From Candidatus Omnitrophota bacterium (GTDB taxonomy: Bacteria; Omnitrophota; Gorgyraeia; Zapsychrales; JAHFFX01): a stretch of DNA of 58,244 nucleotides. How positions within the stretch are numbered: the stretch's first letter is position 1; the number at the start of each line of letters is the position of its first letter. The position numbers were made by a program, and so were the translations under genes. Below the pieces are notes generated by a model. That model was not told where the DNA came from. It ran no database searches and worked only from the letters and a program-made list of their open reading frames with translations. Where the stretch lies: positions 1 through 58,244 of the forward strand of contig JAHFFW010000016.1 in assembly GCA_023247725.1 (NCBI GenBank), written 5' to 3'. Shown here one piece after another: positions 7,781 to 18,455 of this stretch.

Positions 7781-8923
7781 ATGGAAAATCCGATCGATCA
7801 GTTTTCCGCAGGTGAAAAAATCCGGTACGCGCGCCAAATGATTCTGCCCATGATCGGTCAAGCCGGACAGTTGAAGCTGAAAAAGGCGCGCGTTCTCATC
7901 GTCGGCGCCGGAGGTTTGGGCTCATCGCCGGCGATTTACCTGGCGGCGGCCGGTGTCGGAACGATTGGTCTCATTGATCCCGATGCCGTTTCCTTATCCA
8001 ATTTGCATCGGCAGATCCTCCATGATACTTCGGACATCGACAAACCCAAGGTTGATTCCGCCTATGAAAAACTTAAAAAGATCAATCCCTACGTCAACAT
8101 CGATACGCATCAGAAAAAGCTGAATGCTGAGAATACCCAGACCGTCTGCGCCGATTATGATTTGGTCATCGATGGAACCGATAACCTTCCCTCCCGGTAT
8201 TTGATCAATGATGCCTGCTTCTTTTTAAGGAAGAATTTTCTTTTTGGAGGGGTATTCCAGTTTGAAGGACAAGTGAGCATGTTTGGCGCCGGTGGACCAT
8301 GTTATCGTTGCATCTTCCGTGAGCTTCCGCCGCAAAATGAAATGCCTTCCTGCGCCGAGGCCGGGGTCATGGGAGTTGTGCCAGGAATCATTGGACTCAT
8401 GCAGGCCAATGAGGCGATCAAGTGGATTTGTCAGATGGGTGAAACGCTCTTAGGACGACTTCTGATCTTTGATGCGTTGGCGACGCGTTGGCGCGAGGTC
8501 AAAGTCAAAAAAGACCCGGGGTGCCCGCTTTGCGGGAATCATCCGACGATTCATACTTTAGAAGAATACAACTGGCCGTGCGCGGCGGAAACTTCAGCGG
8601 CACCTATTCAGGAAATCCCTGTTCGGGATTTGAAGAAATTGCGTGATGCGGACCCGGAACTTTATTTACTCGATGTGCGGGAAAAAGTTGAATGGGATAT
8701 CGCTTGCATCGAAGGCGCGCATCTGAAACCATCCAGTATTTTAAAACAGAATTTTGTGGATATTCCGAAGGACAGACCAGTTTACTGCTTTTGTAAGCTC
8801 GGCGGCCGCAGCGTAAAGGCCGTTGAGTTTTTGAAATCTCAAGGCTATTCGAATGTGATCAAGGTCAAGGGAGGAATTCAAGCGTGGGCTGAAGAAGTTG
8901 ATCCGAAGGTTCCGCGATATTAA
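7781..8923 (+). CDS. moeB: MoeB/ThiF-family adenylyltransferase fused to rhodanese (MoeZ/MOCS3-like)
   Basis: RYARQ, GAGGLG, SNLHRQ, CYRC and CPLC Zn sites, PSCAEAGV, rhodanese CKLGGRS; start reassigned to ATG 7781. Confidence 0.9.
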   Translation: MENPIDQFSAGEKIRYARQMILPMIGQAGQLKLKKARVLIVGAGGLGSSPAIYLAAAGVGTIGLIDPDAVSLSNLHRQILHDTSDIDKPKVDSAYEKLKKINPYVNIDTHQKKLNAENTQTVCADYDLVIDGTDNLPSRYLINDACFFLRKNFLFGGVFQFEGQVSMFGAGGPCYRCIFRELPPQNEMPSCAEAGVMGVVPGIIGLMQANEAIKWICQMGETLLGRLLIFDALATRWREVKVKKDPGCPLCGNHPTIHTLEEYNWPCAAETSAAPIQEIPVRDLKKLRDADPELYLLDVREKVEWDIACIEGAHLKPSSILKQNFVDIPKDRPVYCFCKLGGRSVKAVEFLKSQGYSNVIKVKGGIQAWAEEVDPKVPRY

Positions 8924-8939
8924 TTATTTTTGATGCGAA

Positions 8940-8974
8940 GGCGGGGGCCAGCCGTTTTGGGGCTGGCCCCTGCC
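8940..8974. terminator. GC-rich hairpin between convergent genes
   Basis: GGGGCCAGCC-N7-GGCTGGCCCC followed by a T-rich tract. Confidence 0.65.
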
Positions 8975-8989
8975 TGATTTTTAGTAAAA

Positions 8990-9397
8990 TTATCCCGGCT
9001 CAATCGAGGTGACTCGGATCGACTTGCTATTGATGACGAGCGCCCCGGAAGTAAAGACCAGCTGCAATTCAATGTCTGCACTTTTTTCCGATGGAAGGGA
9101 TAATGTCGTCGGTGTCATGTTCACTAGAATATAACAATCATCCAGATCAACGGGAAGTTTAGGGATGTCGCCGATCGTAGCGACCTTCTTCAAATAGATC
9201 TCAACAGCCAATTTTTGAGCGTTTGTAGGATCATCGGCCGGATGAGCGTTTGCCCCGCCGAAGCGAAGGCGAAGATCCTCGCCTTCTTTTTCAATCTGCT
9301 CGATGACCGCATTGTTGAAATCAACCACGTGATCGCGCCTGCCCTTTACGCTCATTCCCTGCAAGTCTTCGTTACACATAGCGTCGCCAAAATTCAT
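8990..9397 (-). CDS. Hypothetical protein
   Basis: 135-aa ORF with GGAAGG upstream; no recognised motif. Confidence 0.55.
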   Translation of the reverse strand: MNFGDAMCNEDLQGMSVKGRRDHVVDFNNAVIEQIEKEGEDLRLRFGGANAHPADDPTNAQKLAVEIYLKKVATIGDIPKLPVDLDDCYILVNMTPTTLSLPSEKSADIELQLVFTSGALVINSKSIRVTSIEPG

Positions 9398-9431
9398 TAA
9401 CCTTCCGTTTTATATCCTAGGATTTTTGCGT

Positions 9432-10097
9432 TTACAACAATTCCTCAGCAATTTCTTTGCGCCATTGGTCAAAGAATTTTTTTAATTCATCGATCGACAA
9501 TGTCTTCATAAGCATTAGAAAATCAGCGGAATTGGAATCAAAGTTTTGGATCCTTTCGAACGCTACCCCAAGCCAGTACAAATCAAATCCTGGATCTTTT
9601 TGCTTTGCTCGATCAATTAACTGACCTTTTGAAAAGTGTCCTTGATGGATAAGGAAATAAACATCAATAAAATCTCTTAAAGTCGCTCTCCCAAATAGCG
9701 CCAATAATTTATTGGAAGCAATGTCGGTTAAGCTGTCAATCTTGAGTTTGGGAAAATCAGGAAATTCTTGGGTTGGTTCAAATCGGAAAGCCGAATCTCG
9801 GGCGAGATGAACCAATGTTGTCTCTAAATCCTTTGTCACCACCAATTCCACAAAGGAATGCAGTGCTCTTTGTCGTCGGCATTGATAGCCAAAAGTTTTT
9901 AAATGGGTTTCAAGCTGTTGACTGAAAGGTCCAATGGTTTCTTCTTCAAAGGCAAAAAGGCCCAGATCTCTGCTTTGTCTATGTCGTAAATAAAAATACG
10001 ATAGAGCCGTCCCGCCGGTGAGATAGAATGGCTCGCTACCGGGGATCTCAGGAAGGGTTTTGAGAATGGTTTCTTGGACTTTGTTAATGATCGGCAA
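9432..10097 (-). CDS. AbiEii/AbiGii-family nucleotidyltransferase toxin (second catalytic Asp replaced)
   Basis: LTGGTAL..YLRHRQSRDLG, NKLLALFGR...RDFIDVY motifs. Confidence 0.85.
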   Translation of the reverse strand: MPIINKVQETILKTLPEIPGSEPFYLTGGTALSYFYLRHRQSRDLGLFAFEEETIGPFSQQLETHLKTFGYQCRRQRALHSFVELVVTKDLETTLVHLARDSAFRFEPTQEFPDFPKLKIDSLTDIASNKLLALFGRATLRDFIDVYFLIHQGHFSKGQLIDRAKQKDPGFDLYWLGVAFERIQNFDSNSADFLMLMKTLSIDELKKFFDQWRKEIAEELL

Positions 10098-10329
10098 AAA
10101 AATCCTCCCAAAAAGCCTTTACCTCCCCGGCCAGGAATTGCTTGATCTTTGAAAAGATTAGTCTTAATTGGTTTAAATCAACATTCGCCAGAAGGATTTT
10201 GACATCCTCCGTCCGGCCTCGGGAAAGGACCTGCTGGACATACATCTCCATTGTTGCTGGATTGTCTAAATCGAGCTCGGCATTTTCTTTGAGAAACCAA
10301 AAGAGATTTTTATTAAGCGGTATTTTCAT
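10084..10329 (-). CDS. Small partner/antitoxin of the AbiEii-type toxin (DUF6922-like)
   Basis: 81 aa, LFWF...LDL...YVQQVLSRG..ED...FW pattern; overlaps the toxin start. Confidence 0.7.
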   Translation of the reverse strand: MKIPLNKNLFWFLKENAELDLDNPATMEMYVQQVLSRGRTEDVKILLANVDLNQLRLIFSKIKQFLAGEVKAFWEDFFADH

Positions 10330-10402
10330 GTCTTCTCGCTTTCTTTGAGAAGGATAGCATAATTAAAATATTATTTCTACAAGCCGTACTATTTGTTTTA
10401 AC

Positions 10403-10948
10403 TTACTCCGCTATTCCTAAAAGTCCATCGATGCTCAGGGTATTTTTTTGCTTTCGATATTCCTGAAGTTGGGTCCTCCCCTTGGCCTGAGCCCATTTGT
10501 CCAGCGCGTCGCGATCCTTTTGATAACGATACAATGGAACACCCATACCGCAGGAATCCGCAATGCGTTTAACCTTAACGCGAATGATGGCGCGCGTTCC
10601 GAGATTTACCGGGAAATGCTTTAAAAGAGAGGCAAAATTGGAGTGATCAGCCCTCAAGACTTCTGCCTGCCCGTGCAGGCGGACAATCCTGGGTGGGCCT
10701 TCAAAGGCGCAGAACATGATCACAATGCGGCTGTTTTCTCTAATATGGGCAACTGTTTCAATGCCACTGCCGGTCAAATCCTGATAGATTACTGTTAAGG
10801 GATCGATGATCCGGAGCGATTGCCCTCCTTTGGGAGAACAATTGATATGGCCATTGGCCGCCAACGGAGCAGTCGCGACAAAAAAAACGTGTTGCGCTTT
10901 GATCCATTCGGCAAGAGGGTGATCGATCGCAGGATAGATTTTTCCCAT
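10403..10948 (-). CDS. Pyridoxamine 5'-phosphate oxidase-like FMN-binding protein
   Basis: FFVATAP..GHINCSPKG, DLTGSGIETVAH, MFCAFEGPP, SCGMGVP. Confidence 0.9.
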   Translation of the reverse strand: MGKIYPAIDHPLAEWIKAQHVFFVATAPLAANGHINCSPKGGQSLRIIDPLTVIYQDLTGSGIETVAHIRENSRIVIMFCAFEGPPRIVRLHGQAEVLRADHSNFASLLKHFPVNLGTRAIIRVKVKRIADSCGMGVPLYRYQKDRDALDKWAQAKGRTQLQEYRKQKNTLSIDGLLGIAE

Positions 10949-10954
10949 GTTTGA

Positions 10955-11701
10955 TTAGCCCATCAATCTCAGAAAAGCCATGACCAAGATCCCTAACATG
11001 ATACAAACCAGTTGTCCAAAGGAAACAGCCAAGCGGGGTTCATGACAGTGCAATTCCGGGATCAGGTCTGATCCCGCTATATAGAGAAATCCGCCGGCAG
11101 TCACAGGAAGTACATACATGGACAAATTCTGTAATTGTGTTCCAACCAGAAAGATTGCGAGTCCTCCCCCGAAAGCCGCGAAGGCCGATAAAAGGTTATA
11201 CCAAAGGGCCTTGCGCACGGAAAGCCCGCCGTGCACCAGAATCCCAAAATCACCAATCTCCTGAGGGATTTCGTGAAAGACGACCGCCAGTGTCGTGGCA
11301 AAACCCACCGACGGGCTGACCATAAAGCTCGAGGCAATGATCATCCCATCGAGCGCATTGTGCACCGCATCACCGATCAAATTCAAGGCCACCATCGGAT
11401 GTTTGTGTTCGGAAGATGTCGGGATATGGCAGTGCTGCCAGCGCAGGAATTTTTCCAGGACAAAAAATAACATGATTCCCAATAATATGAGGAAGGAAAC
11501 TGTGAGACTAAAACCGATTTTTTTAAAAGTTTCCGGCAGTAAATGGATAAACGTATCGCCCAGCAAGCTCCCCACGGCAAAACTCACCAAATACAAGAGC
11601 AGTTTTTTTAAATATTCCGTGTTGATGGCCAGAGTGAAAATGCCAATCAGTGAAATCAAGCTAACAACGGTCAAGCTGGCAAAGGTATAAAAAAAAGCCA
11701 T
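10955..11701 (-). CDS. ZIP-family metal transporter
   Basis: GDAVHNALDG and HEIPQEIGDF signatures; His-containing loop. Confidence 0.92.
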   Translation of the reverse strand: MAFFYTFASLTVVSLISLIGIFTLAINTEYLKKLLLYLVSFAVGSLLGDTFIHLLPETFKKIGFSLTVSFLILLGIMLFFVLEKFLRWQHCHIPTSSEHKHPMVALNLIGDAVHNALDGMIIASSFMVSPSVGFATTLAVVFHEIPQEIGDFGILVHGGLSVRKALWYNLLSAFAAFGGGLAIFLVGTQLQNLSMYVLPVTAGGFLYIAGSDLIPELHCHEPRLAVSFGQLVCIMLGILVMAFLRLMG

Positions 11702-11722
11702 GAGGCTTTGCTCCTTATTTTT

Positions 11723-12322
11723 TTAAGGAATTGCGTTTCGGTGTTCCTCTTTTGCCGCGCGGTAAACCTCTCTGGCGGCGTTGGCGTTTAAGCTTGCGAT
11801 CCCCAGCCCCACAAGGAAGTCCGGCCAAATCGAAGGAAAATACGCGGTTAGGATTCCTGCGCTGACGATCGCGAGATTGGCTAACACATCATTGCGGGCA
11901 GAAAGAAATGCCGCCCGCGCTAAACTGCCGGCGTGCGTTCGATAGCGGGTTAAAATAAACGCACAGGATAAATTTACCAGAAAAGCGCCCGCGCCGGTTA
12001 GGGATAATGGTACGGGTGCCGGCGGCAAAGGTAAAGAGAATTTTTTCCAGGCAGTCCCTAAGGCGGCTATTCCCGGAATGAGCAAAATGCCGGCGAGCGC
12101 CATACCGACTCGCGCCCGAGCTAACGGGCTCCATCCCAAGGCAAGAAGGATCAGGAGATTGATGGAAGAATCTTCCAAGAAATCAATGCTATCCGAAAAC
12201 AAAGATACCGAACCAATTCCTAAAGCGACGGCAAACTCAATTCCGAAATAGGCGAGATTGAGAATGGCGACAAGTTTGACCGCCCGGCGAAAATCAGAAT
12301 CATGAGGTTTAAGGATTGTCAT
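11723..12322 (-). CDS. Cation efflux (CDF-like) membrane protein lacking the C-terminal domain
   Basis: SVSLFSDSIDFLED, SARNDVLAN, WPD motifs. Confidence 0.8.
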   Translation of the reverse strand: MTILKPHDSDFRRAVKLVAILNLAYFGIEFAVALGIGSVSLFSDSIDFLEDSSINLLILLALGWSPLARARVGMALAGILLIPGIAALGTAWKKFSLPLPPAPVPLSLTGAGAFLVNLSCAFILTRYRTHAGSLARAAFLSARNDVLANLAIVSAGILTAYFPSIWPDFLVGLGIASLNANAAREVYRAAKEEHRNAIP

Positions 12323-12457
12323 TACAATGATAAAAATAAAGACGTTCAGGATTAGCCTTGGGCATCTCCTTGAATCTTACTGATTTCCGTATAAATCATA
12401 GAACATTTACGGAAGCAGTGCTGCCAACGCAGGCAACAACTTTTACTGATGCGTTGG

Positions 12458-13312
12458 TCAATATTTGCTACTGCTTTGTTGTAACCTTGGCTCCGGCGTT
12501 TGAAAACCTTCGCTCAAAACCACCGCCGCACTTCCCAGGACACAGCGCAACACCGCCCGCATCGCCTTGCGGCACGGCGGGGCAGAAAAATAAACATCGG
12601 CGGAAACCTTGGTGATTTGTTTACCATTGAGAAAGACGTAGGGTTTCAAAAGATACGCTTCTTGATTTCCATAGGGTGGTAAATTGACGGTCGTCTTCGA
12701 TTGGAGAAGGCCAATATAGTTATAGATTTTTTCATCCGCATAGATGTTCAGGTCGACCGTTTCTCCCAAATGCCAGGGAACGATCCTTAAGTAAAATCCT
12801 CCCGAAATGACATCCAACAATTGATTGGGAATGGGAACGGTTTTTCCTTTATGAGTGACAAAATTTTGATAAGTGGCGATTTTATGTTCGTAATCAAAGT
12901 CGACGGCAGATTCCAGAAACTTCCCTCCTTTGATGTACTCTTCATGGCGCAGGACGACAAATTTTTGCGCGTCCATGTAGGATACATAGCGATCTTTGGT
13001 GTTAAACAGTCTGGCAAAAAAGGGCAGAGTTTTGACCTGAACTTCAAGGCAGTACGCATGACGTCCCCGGAAATTGGTGTGACCTTTATTCAAAAGAATA
13101 AATTCACCAATGGTAATGCCAACATATTTGGCCTTGTAAACAAGCTTCTCGGGTTCTGGTAAGGCGGGCGGCAGGACCGATTCTTTTTTCCCGTGAGTCG
13201 ATTCCTTGATCTCTTGAGCTTGGCGAAGGATATCTTGTTTTTTGATCGGGGTTGCGCAGCCGAGAAAAAAGCACGATCCAAAACAGGTAGCTAAGAACAA
13301 CTTCTTATTCAT
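12458..13312 (-). CDS. DUF3108-like lipoprotein
   Basis: Start reassigned to ATG 13312 (MNKKLFLATCFGSCFFLGC, lipobox); EKLVYKAKYVGITIG, KDRYVSY, LDVISGGFYLR. Confidence 0.7.
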   Translation of the reverse strand: MNKKLFLATCFGSCFFLGCATPIKKQDILRQAQEIKESTHGKKESVLPPALPEPEKLVYKAKYVGITIGEFILLNKGHTNFRGRHAYCLEVQVKTLPFFARLFNTKDRYVSYMDAQKFVVLRHEEYIKGGKFLESAVDFDYEHKIATYQNFVTHKGKTVPIPNQLLDVISGGFYLRIVPWHLGETVDLNIYADEKIYNYIGLLQSKTTVNLPPYGNQEAYLLKPYVFLNGKQITKVSADVYFSAPPCRKAMRAVLRCVLGSAAVVLSEGFQTPEPRLQQSSSKY

Positions 13313-13625
13313 GACAGGATTCCACTGTATACAAAATGGGCTCAAATTTTTCGCAGATCTGCATGATCTGTTGCATGTGGGCAGTGGCCTCGGAATTTTG
13401 AAAGATGGCCTGAAAATCCTCGAGGCTGCGCCACTGCGCATAATTGGCGACCTTTGTTCCATCCAAACTTTTGTGGATGGTGGCGGAGATAAAGCCCGGA
13501 AGTTTCTTCATGACCTCTTCGGTGGCCTGCTGGAGGAGTTGGATGACCTCGGACTGCCGTTCGGGTTTAATGGTAAAGGTATTGATGAGGGTTACGAATT
13601 TATTATTGGAAGAAATGGTCGGCAT
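13305..13625 (-). CDS. Antibiotic biosynthesis monooxygenase (ABM) domain protein
   Basis: TLINTF, PGFISATIHKSLDGTKVANYAQW. Confidence 0.9.
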   Translation of the reverse strand: MPTISSNNKFVTLINTFTIKPERQSEVIQLLQQATEEVMKKLPGFISATIHKSLDGTKVANYAQWRSLEDFQAIFQNSEATAHMQQIMQICEKFEPILYTVESCHE

Positions 13626-13766
13626 TGAATTTTTCTTTAGAACATCCCGTTCTGGTTGGAAGAGTCCTTCGGCACCACTTGCGCTACATCCTATATCTCG
13701 ACAATCCGGTCCTCCTCGAAAAGAAACAGAATGAATTGTTTTTGTACAGCAGAAAAAAGACGGGGC

Positions 13767-14069
13767 TTAGGGCCACAGCGAGGGGTTGGTCGTCCAATAG
13801 CGGCTGAAGTAATCGTTAAAGGTGAGAAGAATCAATATGCTCAGCCAAAGGAGCGTTCCCACCGCGAAAATCTTAACGAGGATCTCGGCGGACTGGATAT
13901 GCATGTAATAGTAAATGATGATGGAGGCCTGTAGACAGGCAATGAGGATCGCGATGGGAAAATTCATCCCGCCCAGATTAATCAATGCGATCCCCGAGGT
14001 GGCGAGGGTCAATCCGGCAAGCCCTAGAAAAAGAAAAAGAAAATTTTTTGGCGAAGAAACCATGTTCAT
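13767..14069 (-). CDS. ctaF: Cytochrome c oxidase subunit IV (caa3-type)
   Basis: Three TM helices, YYMH motif, last gene of the oxidase operon. Confidence 0.8.
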   Translation of the reverse strand: MNMVSSPKNFLFLFLGLAGLTLATSGIALINLGGMNFPIAILIACLQASIIIYYYMHIQSAEILVKIFAVGTLLWLSILILLTFNDYFSRYWTTNPSLWP

Positions 14070-14710
14070 CCAAACCGTCCCAATAAATAGAGTGATGGGA
14101 AAAGAAAAATCCAGATCAGATCAATATAATGCCAATATAACCCAAAGGTGTACAACCATACGGTGGAATCTCGGACTCTGGGTTTGTGGGAAAGAACGAA
14201 GATGAGCCAGGCCAAAATTCCTATGCCCACGAGCAGATGCAACGCATGGACTCCCGTCATGACAAAATAAAGGCCAAAAAAGATGCGTTCTCCGACGGGC
14301 CAATTCTTTTCTGGCATAAACACCCCTCCTGGATACAAATGGTGCTGGAATTTATGGCTGTACTCCAAGGATTTGATTCCGAGAAACGTTAGCCCCAGGA
14401 AGGCGGTCATGATCAAACAGCTAAGGCTGGATTTTTTGTTGTCGTTTTCGGCGGCTAAAATCCCCAGGGTCATGAAGAGTGCGCTCAACATCAAGATGAT
14501 GGTGTTGATTGTGCCCAAAATCAAATCATTCTCCCGGACACCGGCGGCAAACGCCTGCGGGAACGAGTATCGATAAACAAAATAGGCCAAAAAAAGGCCA
14601 CCGAACAAAAGGGCCTCACTGGCCAGGAAAATCCACATGCCGAGTTCCGCGGTCCTTTTGCGGTTTTCTGCCATCAAGGCCGAATCTTCCAGACTCGCAG
14701 ATGACGTCAT
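14066..14710 (-). CDS. ctaE: Cytochrome c oxidase subunit III
   Basis: [30 protein letters not shown]. Confidence 0.95.
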   Translation of the reverse strand: MTSSASLEDSALMAENRKRTAELGMWIFLASEALLFGGLFLAYFVYRYSFPQAFAAGVRENDLILGTINTIILMLSALFMTLGILAAENDNKKSSLSCLIMTAFLGLTFLGIKSLEYSHKFQHHLYPGGVFMPEKNWPVGERIFFGLYFVMTGVHALHLLVGIGILAWLIFVLSHKPRVRDSTVWLYTFGLYWHYIDLIWIFLFPSLYLLGRFG

Positions 14711-16305
14711 GGCTTTTCCTCGTAAGAATACGGGTCTTCGGTGACTATGGGCGTTTGATCAAAATTGTGAACCGGCGGTGGCGATTCTGTCTTCCATTCC
14801 AGACCGGTCGCCCGCCAGGGATTTGGTTCAGCCCGGGGACCGCGGAAAAATGACCAGGCCAAATAAAAAAACGGAAAAATATATCCGACCCCCAGGATCG
14901 AGGCCCCGGCGCTGGAGAGGACATGCAGGGCTTGAAATTCCTCCGGATAAAAATGATATCGGCGCGGCATTCCCATATATCCGAGAAGAAATTGCGGGAA
15001 AAAGGTCAAATTGAATCCAATGAAAATCAACAGCGCCGATAAACCGGGCCAACCTTTGGGATAAAGCCGTCCGCAAATCTTCGGCCACCAAAAATGAATC
15101 CCGCCCAAATATCCCATAATCGCGCCGCCCACCATGATATAGTGAAAGTGCGCCACGACAAAATACGTATCCTGGACATGAATATCCATCCCCAGGGCGG
15201 CCAAAAATAAACCGGTCAAACCGCCAATCGTGAACAACCCGATAAAACCAAAGGCATAGATCATCGGCGTCGAAAAAGTGATTGTTCCGCGAAACATCGT
15301 CGCCACCCAGTTGAAGACCTTGATCCCCGAGGGAATCGCGACCAGAAAACTGAAAAGGGAAAAAATGATTCCGGCGTAAACCGATTGACCGGAGACAAAC
15401 ATGTGGTGTCCCCAAACCAAGAATCCCAAGGTGGCGATGGCGAGACTCGCACAGGCCATCATCTTGTAGCCAAAAATTTTTCGGCGCGAAAAACAGGGAA
15501 CGATTTCACTGACGACCCCCATGGCGGGCAAAATCATGATGTAGACCGCCGGATGGGAATAAAACCAGAACAGATGCTGAAATAAAACCGGATCCCCTCC
15601 CAGCGACGGATCGAAGATCCCGATATGCAGCGTTCGCTCGACGATCATCAATAGGAGCGTCACGGCCAAGACCGGTGTGGCCAGGACAAAGATGAGGCTC
15701 GTTGCATAATGAGCCCAGATAAACAAAGGCAAACGGCCCCAGGTCAAGCCCGGCGCGCGTTTTTTATGGATGGTGACGATGAAATTGAGACCGGTAAGGA
15801 TCGAAGAAAAACCCGAGATGATGATCCCCAGCCCGGCATTTAAAACCTGCCCGGATGCGTACGAAGAACTGTAAGGCGTGTAAAAAGTCCAACCCGTATC
15901 CAGCCCTCCGAACAAGATGGAAATCAAGGTGAAAATGCCGCCAAGCATGAAGATGTACCAACTGGCTAAATTGAGCCGGGGAAAGGAAAGATCATCGGCG
16001 CCGATCATCAGCGGAATCAAAAAGTTCCCCAAAACCGACGGAATACTCGGGATCAGAAAAAACCAAACCATGATGATGCCGTGCATGGTAAACAAGCGGT
16101 TGTATGTTGCCGAGCTTACGAAATCGCCGGCCGGGGTTAAAAGTTCTAGCCGGATCAAAAGCGCAAAGAAGGCACCGATGGCAAAAAAGAATGTGATGGA
16201 AAGCATATAAAGGATAGCGATCCGTTTGTGGTCGGTGGTTAAAAACCAGGAACGCCATCCGTATCCAGCCATCAAGTAATTTTCCTTGTCAGGGTGTTCG
16301 TTCAT
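14707..16305 (-). CDS. ctaD: Cytochrome c oxidase subunit I, A2 type
   Basis: [25 protein letters not shown] (YS motif of A2), WGHH, AHFHY, MPRRY. Confidence 0.97.
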   Translation of the reverse strand: MNEHPDKENYLMAGYGWRSWFLTTDHKRIAILYMLSITFFFAIGAFFALLIRLELLTPAGDFVSSATYNRLFTMHGIIMVWFFLIPSIPSVLGNFLIPLMIGADDLSFPRLNLASWYIFMLGGIFTLISILFGGLDTGWTFYTPYSSSYASGQVLNAGLGIIISGFSSILTGLNFIVTIHKKRAPGLTWGRLPLFIWAHYATSLIFVLATPVLAVTLLLMIVERTLHIGIFDPSLGGDPVLFQHLFWFYSHPAVYIMILPAMGVVSEIVPCFSRRKIFGYKMMACASLAIATLGFLVWGHHMFVSGQSVYAGIIFSLFSFLVAIPSGIKVFNWVATMFRGTITFSTPMIYAFGFIGLFTIGGLTGLFLAALGMDIHVQDTYFVVAHFHYIMVGGAIMGYLGGIHFWWPKICGRLYPKGWPGLSALLIFIGFNLTFFPQFLLGYMGMPRRYHFYPEEFQALHVLSSAGASILGVGYIFPFFYLAWSFFRGPRAEPNPWRATGLEWKTESPPPVHNFDQTPIVTEDPYSYEEKP

Positions 16306-17264
16306 GGTGTTTTCTCCGAACTCGCCGGGCCTGGGCTTACTCCTAAAGATTTGATAAAGGCAATGAGTTGCAGGATTTCTTCTTCCGATATCTGGTCTTT
16401 AAAGGTCGGCATGACATTCGCGTATCCAGCGACCAGTCTGCGTCCAGGATCCACAATCGATTCGCGAATATAGGTCTCATCGGCCACGATGGTGCGCCCG
16501 TCCGATAAATGCACTTTACCGCCGTATAGTCCATCAAAAATTGGAGAGGCGATAGTACTTCCTCGTTGGTGGCATTGCCAGCAGCCGTATTTCGCGATGA
16601 GCTGTTCTCCTTTGAGCGCCATGGGCTCCTTTTTTCCCCGATCAACCCACGATTCGTATTCGTCCAGAGTCATGGCGATGACTTTTCCCTGCATGAGCGA
16701 ATGCCAAAGCCCGCAGTATTCGGAACAAAAAATTTTGTATTCACCGGGTTGGTTGACTTGAAACCAGAGGTTCGTATAACGGTTGGGCAAGACATCCATC
16801 TTGGTCCGAAATGCTGGCACAAAAAAACTATGGATCACGTCCTGAGAAATGAGCGTCACTTGAATTGGAACTCCGATGGGGATGTGCAGTTCATTGATCT
16901 CGCGTTTGCCTTCCGGATGCTGGAACTTCCACATCCACTGTTTCGCCACACAGTAAATGGGGAGTGCCCCGGCGGGCACTTGCATCTGCTGAAAGTAAAT
17001 CTTGGCCCCCCAGAAGAAGATCACCAAGAAAACGATGAGGGGGACACCGATCCAGATCGCTTCGATGAGGCCGGTTTTTTCGATGACGACGTGGGAGACT
17101 TCATGTCCCGGCCGTCGACGGTATTTCACCGCAAAAAACAGCATCAAAAAAATAATCAATCCCGAAGTCAATACCGTCAAGAAGACCAGAAACCAATATA
17201 ATTGGTCCACCACACCGGACATCGTGGTCACCGGTCCGGCAATCCGGATCGCTTCATGGTGCAT
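16302..17264 (-). CDS. ctaC: Cytochrome c oxidase subunit II with fused cytochrome c
   Basis: DVIHSF and [12 protein letters not shown] (CuA), C-terminal CWQCH...MP; start reassigned to ATG 17264. Confidence 0.95.
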   Translation of the reverse strand: MHHEAIRIAGPVTTMSGVVDQLYWFLVFLTVLTSGLIIFLMLFFAVKYRRRPGHEVSHVVIEKTGLIEAIWIGVPLIVFLVIFFWGAKIYFQQMQVPAGALPIYCVAKQWMWKFQHPEGKREINELHIPIGVPIQVTLISQDVIHSFFVPAFRTKMDVLPNRYTNLWFQVNQPGEYKIFCSEYCGLWHSLMQGKVIAMTLDEYESWVDRGKKEPMALKGEQLIAKYGCWQCHQRGSTIASPIFDGLYGGKVHLSDGRTIVADETYIRESIVDPGRRLVAGYANVMPTFKDQISEEEILQLIAFIKSLGVSPGPASSEKTP

Positions 17265-18081
17265 AGGCCCTCTCCTGTCTTCGCAGAAGATAAATGAGAA
17301 GGCCCACCAGAAAGACGGTGATCCCGGCTGCCAGCCGCAGCAGATTAAAAACGGCAAGGCTGTATCGGCCCATGTGCGGATTGTAGGCAAAGCAATACAT
17401 CAGGATTTGATCAGTAAAAGTTCCCATTTTTTTTTGGCGGGAATCAGCGAGCGCGAGCTTGATGTCGCGCGGCGGATATTCCAGGCCAAAAAGATACCGG
17501 CTGATTTTTCCATCGGGTGTTAAGACCATAAGAACGGTGGAATGAGCGTATTGCTGGTTTTCAGTTTTTTCATACGCAAATCCTGAGGCCTGGGCCAGGG
17601 CGCGGATCAAGGATTCCTCACCGGTTAAAAAATGAATTCCATTTTCCGAGCCGGGTTTATTGAGAAGGTCGGCCAATTGTTTTTTTCTTCCCTGCGCCTG
17701 GGAGCTTGTGTCTTTGGGATCGATACTCACCACCAGCAATTCATAATCTTTGCCTGGCCTCTCTTCGATAATTCGCAAGGACTGACCCAGGGCCTTCATA
17801 TTGAGCGGACAAAGCATGGGGCAATTGAAATAGACAAATGTCAAAAGCACGGGTTTGTCGCTAAAAATTTCCTTTAGTGCGATTGTTCGTCCGTTATCGT
17901 CGGTGAACGTTAACTCTAAGGGCAAGCGCTCACCCAAACGCTGCCGGACATCCATGGCCGGTAAATCGCTTTTCTTTTCTGCCCGAACTGCCGCGGGCAA
18001 AGCAGTTTGGCCCAATGCCAATAAACCCAACGAAATAAGAAGGACCATGATCCTGCGGCGAAATTTTTTTTCGTGCGTCAT
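17254..18081 (-). CDS. SCO1/SenC copper chaperone
   Basis: YFNCPMLC and YAHS motifs, C-terminal TM helix. Confidence 0.92.
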   Translation of the reverse strand: MTHEKKFRRRIMVLLISLGLLALGQTALPAAVRAEKKSDLPAMDVRQRLGERLPLELTFTDDNGRTIALKEIFSDKPVLLTFVYFNCPMLCPLNMKALGQSLRIIEERPGKDYELLVVSIDPKDTSSQAQGRKKQLADLLNKPGSENGIHFLTGEESLIRALAQASGFAYEKTENQQYAHSTVLMVLTPDGKISRYLFGLEYPPRDIKLALADSRQKKMGTFTDQILMYCFAYNPHMGRYSLAVFNLLRLAAGITVFLVGLLIYLLRRQERAYAP

Positions 18082-18455
18082 GGCTGTTCCTGATTTTTGG
18101 GTTCCGGCGGTTTCTCTAATTCATGGCTCTGCAAGAGGCGATCCATGGCCTCATCAATGGGGATGCGGGCCACATCATTATCCCGGTCGGACCAGCCGTA
18201 GGTATTGAGAATCATCTTCTCTTCCTTTCTTAGCTTTTGCAGATTTTCGGAAAAAGTGGATTCAAGAAGGGGCGCATTGGGTTTCGACTGGCTCGGGTTG
18301 GGTGATGGGTGGCGCGGCCTTTCTCTTTGGAATAAAACCAGCAGAAAAAAGGCACTCAATTGAACCAGCAGAAAGAACGCAGCCAATAGGCCCAACGTTT
18401 TTAAAATCATCGGGGTCGTGATGTTCTCTTTGTCTTTATCGCTAGTTGGGTTCAT
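18078..18455 (-). CDS. Small single-TM ACIII accessory subunit (ActG-like)
   Basis: One TM helix, LNTYGW.D....ARIPIDEAM motif, located between actF and SCO. Confidence 0.7.
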   Translation of the reverse strand: MNPTSDKDKENITTPMILKTLGLLAAFFLLVQLSAFFLLVLFQRERPRHPSPNPSQSKPNAPLLESTFSENLQKLRKEEKMILNTYGWSDRDNDVARIPIDEAMDRLLQSHELEKPPEPKNQEQP

